Below are positions 1-8,525 of a stretch of 64,000 nt of DNA, piece by piece. The position numbers and the translations under genes were made by a program. The notes beneath the pieces were generated by a model. That model did not search any database and was not told the origin of the DNA. It saw only the letters and a program-made list of their open reading frames with translations. The DNA comes from Bdellovibrionota bacterium FG-1 (lineage in GTDB: Bacteria > Bdellovibrionota > UBA1018), in assembly GCA_051382295.1 (NCBI GenBank), contig JBBCAW010000053.1, forward strand, positions 16,593 to 80,592. The letters run 5' to 3'. How positions within the stretch are numbered: the first letter of the stretch is position 1; every line of letters begins with the position of its first letter.

Positions 1-103
1 TTCCAGAGCCGGCCCCGGCAAGCACGATCAACGGACCTTCGGTAATCAGCACGGCCTCTCGCTGACGATCGTTGAGCTGATCAACAAAAGGGGGATTACT
101 CAC
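1..103 (-). CDS. UvrD/PcrA-family DNA helicase, N-terminus (runs off window)
   Basis: Not in ORF track. Hand translation from GTG at 103 gives MSNPPFVDQLNDRQREAVLITEGPLIVLAGAGSG(K), the Q-motif plus Walker A of SF1 helicases. The start overlaps the ClC stop (GTGA). Confidence 0.9.
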   Translation of the reverse strand, partial: MSNPPFVDQLNDRQREAVLITEGPLIVLAGAGSG

Positions 104-1788
104 TTCAACCTCTCACTTTCAATGGCCAACGATCTTCTGGCTACTTCACGTTCATAAGCTAAACGAACACCATGTACAAACAGAAGGCCCACCACCCGAT
201 GATCGTCGCTCAAAACCGGCACGCAGGGAATTAAATCGAACACTCCTTGCGTGGCACTCAAGCGATCATTCACTCGAACAGCAGGCGGTTTAACGCCCGA
301 TCGATAGAGCAGATCTTTGGCTTCAAGCAGCCCCGCGAGCGGTGAATTGGAGGTATCGGACTGCGCTGTCCACGCCGCTTGGATCACATCGACGGTCAAC
401 AGGCCTACATAGATATTTTTTGAGTTCACGACCGGCAGAAACGGATAACGGGACCGAATTAACCGCGCATAAATGGCCGAAACCGGCTCTTGCTCGTGAA
501 TCACCTCATGATCGGTGACCATCGCATCACGGACGGATACTGCCTCAAGGACGCTGGCCGAACGGCCCTGGATTAAAGCCATTCCCCGAGCCGCCAGATC
601 GTATTCAAAAAGAGTATCCGTCTTTAAAAGCTGACGAACTCGTTCAGCCAGCAGTCCTGCGATCAAACAGGGCACCATGACATTCAAATTTCCGGTCATT
701 TCATAGGCTAACACGCTGGCTGAGATCGGGGCTCCTAAGATCACTCCAAAAAATGCAGCGCCGCCAGCGAGGCCAGCAATCGAGGCCCCCCCTAATCCAT
801 GCAACAAAGACAGACTCAGGGCGTGCCCAAAAAAAACCCCAAGCACTAAAAGCGGTGAAAAGATCCCAAGCGAGCCAAACCCGGCAAGAATAATTGCCAA
901 GGACAACGAGCGGCTCACCAAAAGAAACCAAGTTTCGGAAAGTCCCCGTTGATTCGACATCACCTGTTCAAGCAAAGTCAAATAAGGAGCGTGCCCGGAC
1001 CGAAAAGTAAGAACCACCATAAAAAGTAAAACACCCGACGCGAGAATTCTCATCCACGTCTGAGTTTGAAAGAGATCCAATAAGCTCTCCTGCGTATAGC
1101 GAAAAGTTCGAATAAGTCCGGAGCCCAAGATGCCGGCGGCCACTCCAATCACGGCCGCGCTCACCGCAGCACTCAAAAAGGCAGGAAGACTGACCAGATC
1201 AACGTCGTAAAATGCCCCAGCAATGCTGGGGAAATGGAAGCCGACCCAGCTGGATAAGTATTTTCCCGTCAAAAATGCGGATAACGCCGAAATCACTGAA
1301 AGGATATGACGGCCCCCCACTCCCATTTCAAGGGGCAATAATACCGCTGCAAACGGCGAGGCAAAAGCCGCCGCGACCCCCGCCGAAATCACGGTAGAAG
1401 CATCCGTTCGTCGCCTTTGCTCAAACCAACGAGACATTCGGGATCGCGAACGAATCGCAAAGGCTTGCCCCCATTCAATGGCGGCTCCCTCGGACCCAAC
1501 GCCGCCCCCGCAAATGGTCAATAAAAACGAAATACAGCCACGCATGACCCATCGCAGAGGTGAATCCTGCGGGAACGGAGAGTGAATATGAATGAATAGA
1601 TCGGCAAGGCCGTCATAGGACCGACTTCCTGCCCTACGATCTAGAATAAAGCGTTGAAGGAGCATCGCAACGGCAGCGACTCCTAGAATCAATACCGGTG
1701 CAAATACAAAAGGAAGATGGGCTTGAATCCAGGGAGGAATCAGTACGACCACCGCGGCCAATACACCCAAAATCACCGCTCCCGTCAC
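100..1788 (-). CDS. ClC-family chloride channel/antiporter with C-terminal CBS pair
   Basis: Many TM helices; GSEGAA (GxEGP-like), GIFSP, APIS..VLAYEMTG motifs; CBS domains (VRDAMVTD, PVLSDDHRVVGLL). Confidence 0.85.
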   Translation of the reverse strand: MTGAVILGVLAAVVVLIPPWIQAHLPFVFAPVLILGVAAVAMLLQRFILDRRAGSRSYDGLADLFIHIHSPFPQDSPLRWVMRGCISFLLTICGGGVGSEGAAIEWGQAFAIRSRSRMSRWFEQRRRTDASTVISAGVAAAFASPFAAVLLPLEMGVGGRHILSVISALSAFLTGKYLSSWVGFHFPSIAGAFYDVDLVSLPAFLSAAVSAAVIGVAAGILGSGLIRTFRYTQESLLDLFQTQTWMRILASGVLLFMVVLTFRSGHAPYLTLLEQVMSNQRGLSETWFLLVSRSLSLAIILAGFGSLGIFSPLLVLGVFFGHALSLSLLHGLGGASIAGLAGGAAFFGVILGAPISASVLAYEMTGNLNVMVPCLIAGLLAERVRQLLKTDTLFEYDLAARGMALIQGRSASVLEAVSVRDAMVTDHEVIHEQEPVSAIYARLIRSRYPFLPVVNSKNIYVGLLTVDVIQAAWTAQSDTSNSPLAGLLEAKDLLYRSGVKPPAVRVNDRLSATQGVFDLIPCVPVLSDDHRVVGLLFVHGVRLAYEREVARRSLAIESERLK

Positions 1789-1798
1789 GGCGCCCCCC

Positions 1799-3682
1799 TC
1801 ACTCGACCGTCACGCTTTTGGCCAAATTACGAGGCTTATCCACGTCAGTGCCTTTGAGTGTCGCTAATTCATAACTCAACATCTGCACCGCGACGGTCGT
1901 CACAAAAGGCAAAAGGCTTTCATGGATGCCTCTGGAAAACTCCTCTGGCAACGGCACCCAGAAGTCGCACAAAGATTGAAGCTTCGAATCCCCCCAATCA
2001 CCAATGGCTAACACTTGAGCCCCTCGGGCCTTGACTTCCTCAAGATTGGAAATGGTTTTATCCCGCCAAGAATCATGAGGGGCTAGCACCACCACCGTCA
2101 TAGCTTGATCAATCATCGCAATGGGCCCGTGCTTCAATTCACCCCCCGCATAACCCTCGGCATGAAGATACGCGATCTCTTTCAATTTAAGCGCGCCTTC
2201 GAGAGCGATCGGAAACTGATAACCACGCCCGATAAAAAAGAAGCCCTTCGAAGAGGCCAAACCCTTGGCAGCCTTCTTGATACTGAGCGAGAAGGCCCCC
2301 CCCGCGTCCAAGCCTTGGGATAAAAAATGAGGAATATGGATCAAATCTTCAAAGGCCTTGGAAATTTCCTGAACTTTTTCGCCATTATTGCCTATATAAC
2401 GCTTCAGTCCCAGATACCCGGCCAACAAAAACAAGACCAACATCTGCGCAGTAAAGGTCTTGGTGGCCGCCACCCCAATTTCCGGGCCAGCCGCAGTATA
2501 AAACACCGCATCCGCTTCGCGCGAAAGAGAAGATCCTCGCACATTGGTAATTCCCAGAGTCGGTATTCCCTGAGCACGCACCTGACGAATGGCCGCCAAG
2601 GTATCAGCGGTTTCACCGGATTGAGTCACTCCGATCACCACATGACCAGGGCTCAATACCGGATCACGATACTTAAATTCGCTGGCAAGCTCAACACTCA
2701 CCGGAATTCGGGCAAATTTTTCGAGCCAATATTTCCCAATCAAGGCCGCGTGCCAAGAAGTGCCACAAGCAATCAAAGTGAGTTCTTTGGCTTGATCCAA
2801 TATTTGTACCGCAGGCTGACGGGCCAGCGGAAAAGGATCCGTGTGGGCACGATCCAATAAGGCATTCAGCGTATCGACAATCGTTACTGGCTGCTCATGG
2901 ATTTCCTTAAGCATGTAGGTCGCAAACCCCTGCTTATCCAATTTATCGAGCGACCATTCGAGGTGCGTCGACTGACGTTGAACCGGACAGCCCGTTTTAA
3001 GATCGTAAAACACCATTCCGTCACGTGTGCCGACCACCACATCGCCATGCTCCAAAAACACGACATCTCGAGTCACCTCAAGAATCGGCTGGCCATCGCT
3101 CGCCAGGATAACCCCGCCCTGAGGATCATTGGCTGCCACCATCGGAGAACCATTGCGAACTCCGATGATTTTACCTGGCTCGCGTTCGGACATCACGACG
3201 ATGCTGCACTGACCCTCGAGCTTGGAAAAGCTCTTTCGAACGGCCTCTAAAAGAGAAGCCCCGCTTTCCATCTCATCAAGCACCAAAAAGCCAAATAGTT
3301 CACTATCGGTTTCAGACTGCGGAAGATGGCCCCGCGCTAAAAGGTCTTTTTTAATTTCCAGGTAATTTTCAATAATTCCATTATGCACCAACACCACATG
3401 CCCCGCTCGGTGAGGATGGGCATTTTGCGTGGTAGGCTTTCCATGAGTCGCCCAACGGGTATGTCCAATGCCGCACCAGGAATCGCGAAACAGGGGGGCT
3501 TCTCCATTCAGAAGCTTTTCAATATTTTCAAGTCTTCCTTGGGATTTTCGAACTTCAATTTTTTCATTTTTAAAAAGGGCAACCCCTGCGGAATCATAGC
3601 CCCGATACTCAAGGCGTTTGAGGCCCTTGATCAAAATATCTACGACAGGCCGATTTCCGACATAACCTACTATTCCGCACAT
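1799..3682 (-). CDS. glmS: Glutamine-fructose-6-phosphate transaminase (isomerizing)
   Basis: MCGIVG N-terminus, LEYRGYDSAG, GHTRWATHG, C-terminal PRNLAKSVTVE. Confidence 0.98.
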   Translation of the reverse strand: MCGIVGYVGNRPVVDILIKGLKRLEYRGYDSAGVALFKNEKIEVRKSQGRLENIEKLLNGEAPLFRDSWCGIGHTRWATHGKPTTQNAHPHRAGHVVLVHNGIIENYLEIKKDLLARGHLPQSETDSELFGFLVLDEMESGASLLEAVRKSFSKLEGQCSIVVMSEREPGKIIGVRNGSPMVAANDPQGGVILASDGQPILEVTRDVVFLEHGDVVVGTRDGMVFYDLKTGCPVQRQSTHLEWSLDKLDKQGFATYMLKEIHEQPVTIVDTLNALLDRAHTDPFPLARQPAVQILDQAKELTLIACGTSWHAALIGKYWLEKFARIPVSVELASEFKYRDPVLSPGHVVIGVTQSGETADTLAAIRQVRAQGIPTLGITNVRGSSLSREADAVFYTAAGPEIGVAATKTFTAQMLVLFLLAGYLGLKRYIGNNGEKVQEISKAFEDLIHIPHFLSQGLDAGGAFSLSIKKAAKGLASSKGFFFIGRGYQFPIALEGALKLKEIAYLHAEGYAGGELKHGPIAMIDQAMTVVVLAPHDSWRDKTISNLEEVKARGAQVLAIGDWGDSKLQSLCDFWVPLPEEFSRGIHESLLPFVTTVAVQMLSYELATLKGTDVDKPRNLAKSVTVE

Positions 3683-5124
3683 ATCTTTTCACGCAGCTTT
3701 CGCGCGTACCCCTCTTTAGTAACCTGGCGCGCTCTTGCGATCGCCAGGGCGTCAGCTGGGACATCTTCGGTGATTGTCGACCCGGAAGCAACGTAAGAAC
3801 CTCGGCCCACGCGCACAGGAGCTACCGTTTGGCAATCGCTCCCCATAAAAACATCATCCTCAATGATGGTCCGATGCTTGCGTGCACCATCGATCACCCG
3901 TCCATCAAAATTACACGTCACGAAGCCACACCCGATATTCACATGATTTCCGACCGTAGCATCACCCAAGTAGGACAAGTGCGCAACACTAGTATGGTTG
4001 CCAATTTGAGTCTTTTTCAGTTCCACATAATTGCCAATTTTTGAGTCCGCCCCCACCACAGACTCCGGCCGCAGATGAGCGTAAGGCCCCACTTGAGCAC
4101 GAGGGCCGATCACGGACTTTTGGGCCACAGTCCCCGCCTTAAGATGAGCGCCCTCACCGACGTCGACGTCCTCAAGAATCACATGAGGTCCAATCGTGGC
4201 CATCGTGGCCACTCGCGTTTTCCCCGACAAGATGACGCCTGGACTCAAAGTCACTTCGACCGCAAGCTCAACTGAGGAATCCACCCAAGTACTGCCCGGA
4301 TCCAGGACATGAACCCCCTTAAGTGCCCACCCCTTCAACACCCGATCATTCAAAATTCGTCGCGCCTGAGCCAATTCCCATGGATCATTAATACCGCGAA
4401 GATCTTGTGGCTCAGACCAGGGCAAAACCTCGGTTTTCTTTTTGGCTTTGGAGGCCTGAGCTACTAAATCTGTAAGGTAATACTCACTTTGCGCATTTTT
4501 ATTAGAAAGTCGGTGCAAACCAAAACGCAAAAAAGCAGCTTGAAAGGTATAAATCGAAACAGCAACCTCACGGATCATTTTTTCGCGCAGATTAGCGTCT
4601 TTTTCTTCAACAATTCGTAAAACAGCACCTCGGGAGCCCCTTCGTACGACTCGTCCATAACCCTTAGGATCTTCAAGTTCGACCGTCAGCAATCGCATTG
4701 CATGTTTTTTACCAAGCGGCGCTAACATTTCTTGCACCAGTCGCGCCGAAATCAACGGCAAATCACCAGGCAGCACCAAAACACTGGCTCGTTCTTTGAT
4801 CCGGGCCTCACCCCAAGGCGAATCCATCGCGCAACGAGCCGCATGTCCGGTTCCTCGTTGTTCGGGTTGATGGATAAACGTGATTTTCATGCCAGAAAAA
4901 GCGACCTCTGCGCGTACGACCGCCTCCACTTGCTCACGCCCGTGTCCTACCACAATCGCCACAGGACACAGAGGCGCGATTTCGCGGACCCGCTGAAGAA
5001 TATGGAACAACAGCGGCGCCCCGCCCATCTGGTGCATGACCTTGGGCAAAGAAGACTGCATCCGCTTGCCCTGGCCCGCCGCCAAAACCATGACCCCAAA
5101 AGAGAGCGCTTCGTGTTTTGCCAT
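3670..5124 (-). CDS. glmU: Bifunctional UDP-GlcNAc pyrophosphorylase/glucosamine-1-P acetyltransferase
   Basis: LAAGQGKRMQSSLPKVMH, EYYLTD, hexapeptide repeats, HLSYLGDA. Adjacent to glmS. Start moved to ATG 5124. Confidence 0.97.
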   Translation of the reverse strand: MAKHEALSFGVMVLAAGQGKRMQSSLPKVMHQMGGAPLLFHILQRVREIAPLCPVAIVVGHGREQVEAVVRAEVAFSGMKITFIHQPEQRGTGHAARCAMDSPWGEARIKERASVLVLPGDLPLISARLVQEMLAPLGKKHAMRLLTVELEDPKGYGRVVRRGSRGAVLRIVEEKDANLREKMIREVAVSIYTFQAAFLRFGLHRLSNKNAQSEYYLTDLVAQASKAKKKTEVLPWSEPQDLRGINDPWELAQARRILNDRVLKGWALKGVHVLDPGSTWVDSSVELAVEVTLSPGVILSGKTRVATMATIGPHVILEDVDVGEGAHLKAGTVAQKSVIGPRAQVGPYAHLRPESVVGADSKIGNYVELKKTQIGNHTSVAHLSYLGDATVGNHVNIGCGFVTCNFDGRVIDGARKHRTIIEDDVFMGSDCQTVAPVRVGRGSYVASGSTITEDVPADALAIARARQVTKEGYARKLREKICAE

Positions 5125-5417
5125 GATCAAAATGGGGTAACAGGAAAGACGCCCCCGCTGCAAGCCCCAGTTTTTCAGACTGGTAGTCAAAACTTTGTCA
5201 ATCTGTGTCCGCTACTACCCCCCCTCGGTTCCCCTTTTTTGACCTTCCAACGAGTGTTTCTCCAACCCGCATCATTTTTCTTGCAGGTTCTTATAAAAAC
5301 TTATAAAAAATCTCCTCACCGCTAAGGATTGCGGTAAACTAGGTAGTCAGGTGGCCTACGCCCCGCGTAAAAGCAGGGCTTCAATAAAGAGTGACCCAGA
5401 TTGACGAGGAGACTCAC

Positions 5418-5780
5418 ATGGATGCGAAGAATTTAGCTAGATATCGCAAGTTACTACTCGATGAAAAACAGCGGATTTTGAATAACGCAAAAAACGCGCT
5501 CAAAAACGAATTGGCGATTTCAACCGATGACCTTTTTGACGAAACAGACTTGGCCGCCAGCGAGGTCAATCAAAATTTAGTTTTTAAACTTCGAGACCGA
5601 GAACGTCTCTTGCTTTCAAAAATCGCTGAAGCCATGGCCCGGATCGAAGAGGGCACTTTCGGCGCTTGCACAGACTGTGAAGAGCCCATTGAAGTGCGAA
5701 GGCTCGAAGCACGCCCGATGTCTGATCTTTGCATCGCCTGCAAAGAAAAGCAGGAGCACCGCGAAAAGATCTACGCCTAA
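5418..5780 (+). CDS. dksA: DksA/TraR C4-type zinc finger RNA polymerase-binding protein
   Basis: DETDLA coiled-coil tip, CTDC...CIAC zinc finger, GAGGAG RBS before ATG 5418. Confidence 0.88.
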   Translation: MDAKNLARYRKLLLDEKQRILNNAKNALKNELAISTDDLFDETDLAASEVNQNLVFKLRDRERLLLSKIAEAMARIEEGTFGACTDCEEPIEVRRLEARPMSDLCIACKEKQEHREKIYA

Positions 5781-5799
5781 GCCGACGACGCTTCGGACT

Positions 5800-6276
5800 A
5801 TGAATAGGCCACTCTGGATCCTACTCATCATCTTAAGTGGAACGATCCCGCTTGGGTTTCAATCACCCGTGGGCTGGGCAGCAGACCCAGCCCTAAAGCT
5901 GAAAGAAATCCAAGAAGCTCAGACTCAAGCCGAGGAAAAGCACCGCCGCGAACTTCAGGAACTCGAACGCGGAGTTTCTGCCAATACCATCGACGCTGAC
6001 CGGGCTAGCGAAAAGAGATTCAAGATCGAGCAGGAATACCGCCAACACTCGGAAGGCCTTGCAAAGGCGCAAAAAGACGCCATTCAAAATCTCGATACCT
6101 CAGGCCCCAATCCCCCTGCTCCGGCAGCAAAGCCTGTAATAGGTATCCACATCCCCTCACAATCAGTAATCACCTATCCGGTGACCGATCCATCCATCCC
6201 ACAAACCGAAGAGCACCCGAGCAACGAAGGCGATGGAAAAAATGTAGGTTTAGGAGTCAAAGAACTCGAGTTTTAG
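5800..6276 (+). CDS. Hypothetical secreted coiled-coil protein
   Basis: Signal-peptide-like MNRPLWILLIILSG..WA, followed by charged helical and Pro-rich regions. Confidence 0.6.
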   Translation: MNRPLWILLIILSGTIPLGFQSPVGWAADPALKLKEIQEAQTQAEEKHRRELQELERGVSANTIDADRASEKRFKIEQEYRQHSEGLAKAQKDAIQNLDTSGPNPPAPAAKPVIGIHIPSQSVITYPVTDPSIPQTEEHPSNEGDGKNVGLGVKELEF

Positions 6277-6926
6277 TGAGTCCCTTCAGGGGTAAGGGTA
6301 ACCGGGGCATCCACCGAAACCTCCACCTCGTTGGCCATCGTAATTCCGGCAAACGTGGGAAGGTTAATCTGATAATCCGTAACTAATAACGTGAAATCAG
6401 CGTGAACCTGAGGCTGAGCCTCGTTCATGCTGATTGTCAACTTCCCCTGCACGGGATGATCCACTCCGTGAAACTTCAAGGAGCCTTGAAAGGGCAAGGC
6501 CTCAATATTCCTTTTCGCCCTCAATGCCTCATACGTCACATCCAGCTTTTGAATCGCTAAGACCGCTTCAGGAAATTTAGCGATTTCCAAATATCGCTCC
6601 TTCATATGCCTATCGCGCATTCCGATTCCGGAATCCAAGGTCTCCAACTTAAAGGAAATCAAACCAGACCACCCGGCCGCGCTCCAAAGTAAATCGCCCT
6701 GAGGCGTTCCGCCAATACCCACAATTTTGATGGCGCTGGGTTTTCCGATCGCCTTAAATCCCACTTTTCCGCCTTCGCCACCCACGTGAATTTTCCAGAA
6801 CATATCCGACAGAACCGCCGTACTGGGTGTCGGACTAGGTGCACCAAAAACTAAAGAACCAGGCAGGAACCCGAAAAAAAGCCCCACTACCCCTACTGCA
6901 AAGATCTTGAATGGACACCTGAACAT
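6273..6926 (-). CDS. YceI-family lipid/polyisoprenoid-binding periplasmic protein
   Basis: LDSGIGMRDRHMK..YLE..KFPEA and G.LKFHGV.HPV motifs; signal peptide. Confidence 0.88.
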   Translation of the reverse strand: MFRCPFKIFAVGVVGLFFGFLPGSLVFGAPSPTPSTAVLSDMFWKIHVGGEGGKVGFKAIGKPSAIKIVGIGGTPQGDLLWSAAGWSGLISFKLETLDSGIGMRDRHMKERYLEIAKFPEAVLAIQKLDVTYEALRAKRNIEALPFQGSLKFHGVDHPVQGKLTISMNEAQPQVHADFTLLVTDYQINLPTFAGITMANEVEVSVDAPVTLTPEGTH

Positions 6927-6937
6927 CACTCCCCCTT

Positions 6938-8044
6938 TTACAAATAAAAGTGCAACATAGCCCAACCCATCTGACTCCAATGAGTTTGATCGATCGGATT
7001 TTGTTCGTAAGACCACTTAAAATCCAGCTCCCAGTGAGGGCGAGGAAAAGCTTGAAAACCCACCCCATAACGGGCGATCCGCGTGCTTGAATCGCCGAAA
7101 TCAGGTCTCGCCCATTCCTGGGTTAAATAGGCATGCAACCCCTGGATGAACTCCCAATCGAGCCGCTGATAATCAAATGCACCCCATTGACTCTGATATT
7201 GAAAATCAAGCTCGGCTAACCAATACAAACGAGAGGTCAAACCTAGCACAGCGTGCGACCCTAAAACGTGCCGTCCGCCAGAATCATTTTTTCCATAAAA
7301 ATAGCCACCACCGACCTCAAAATGATCGGTCGGGTACACCGAGCCACGAAACGCCACCCCTCTTTCAGCGACTCCCTGAGTCCCGATCGTGAGCCCATTG
7401 GATTTAGTTTCCACTCGTTCAAACTTTCCGAGAACCGCGGTACCATAAACACTGTAATCATCCCTCAGACGTGAGTACTCAAGATTGTAGGTATCGCTGC
7501 CCTCGTCCCAACCCAGATTGCGACGAGTGACCACCGTATGTTCGGGAATATTGACCCCGAAGGCCGGGAAAAATTTGCCGAGCCGTAAATTTGAATCTTG
7601 ATCCAAACGAAACATCACAAAATGGCGCGAATCCACTTCGCCGTCCACAAAACCCAGCTCAAGATCAAAAACCCAAGTTCCCAACTCGTAGGAGGCCTCC
7701 AGGTCTGACTGCATCAAGAACAAACGTTTTTCGCGGTACCTGGGATTATCCTTATAGGTACCCATAAGACGGGTATCCCCACCAAACAAAAGTTTTTCCG
7801 GGATCGTATCTTTGAATAAACCATAGATCAATTTACCCTCATGCTCTCCCGATGCGGTGCTCAGAATCTCTTGAGACAGTTCCCGTCCATAGGCCGTCAG
7901 CACCCCTCCCCCCGTCGGCGCCAAATGGCAGGAAGTACAGTTCACATACCCATGCCGGATCATCCCAGGAAAAGCCCAGCTCGGCATAGGAAGCGCCCAA
8001 CAAACCACCGCCAGAAAAAAAATCTGAATAGGATGCTTTGTCAT
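6938..8044 (-). CDS. Outer-membrane beta-barrel with N-terminal monoheme c motif (cytochrome-porin fusion)
   Basis: Signal peptide, CTSCH...GGGVLTAYGR, then alternating aromatic beta-strands ending LHFYL. Confidence 0.7.
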   Translation of the reverse strand: MTKHPIQIFFLAVVCWALPMPSWAFPGMIRHGYVNCTSCHLAPTGGGVLTAYGRELSQEILSTASGEHEGKLIYGLFKDTIPEKLLFGGDTRLMGTYKDNPRYREKRLFLMQSDLEASYELGTWVFDLELGFVDGEVDSRHFVMFRLDQDSNLRLGKFFPAFGVNIPEHTVVTRRNLGWDEGSDTYNLEYSRLRDDYSVYGTAVLGKFERVETKSNGLTIGTQGVAERGVAFRGSVYPTDHFEVGGGYFYGKNDSGGRHVLGSHAVLGLTSRLYWLAELDFQYQSQWGAFDYQRLDWEFIQGLHAYLTQEWARPDFGDSSTRIARYGVGFQAFPRPHWELDFKWSYEQNPIDQTHWSQMGWAMLHFYL

Positions 8045-8364
8045 TAATTTTCCAGCGCCCCCGCCTGAATCCAATCATGAATGGCCTGAATTTCCACATC
8101 CGAAAGTTTGGGAGAGCGCGCAGGCATGCTACCCGAGCTCACCTCCCGATAAAATTGACTCGCCTCAGGGTTTCCTTTACGAACGATATCCAACGTTCCG
8201 GCATAAGTTGCCAGGGACGTATGACATTGCAAGCACTTAGGCTGAATCGTATTTTGCAAAATGGACGAAAACGTCGGATCCACCGGAACCTTGAACTCTC
8301 GCGAGCCGCAAGCTTGCGTCAAAAAACCTGCAGTCACCCACACAAGAATAGCCAAATTTTTCAC
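8044..8364 (-). CDS. Small monoheme cytochrome c, probable lipoprotein
   Basis: Lipobox-like TQAC, CLQCH, distal MP, and I..WI..GA C-terminal helix. Confidence 0.75.
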   Translation of the reverse strand: MKNLAILVWVTAGFLTQACGSREFKVPVDPTFSSILQNTIQPKCLQCHTSLATYAGTLDIVRKGNPEASQFYREVSSGSMPARSPKLSDVEIQAIHDWIQAGALEN

Positions 8365-8446
8365 AGCTCCCGATCCTACGCCCTGAGGTAAAAAACTCAA
8401 ACAAAATCAACCCTTCAAATCAAACTGTCGTTTTCCCCAAAAAGAC

Positions 8447-8473
8447 CTCAAGGGTCCCTGAATTTCGGCCGAA
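8447..8473 (+). promoter_or_regulatory. Putative sigma28 (FliA) promoter of lon
   Basis: CTCAAG-N15-GCCGAA about 50 bp upstream of the lon start. Confidence 0.45.
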
Positions 8474-8525
8474 TCGTTCCTTGAGAGTAAATTGCAGCTT
8501 ATCATCTGCCTGAGGAGGCAATGGA

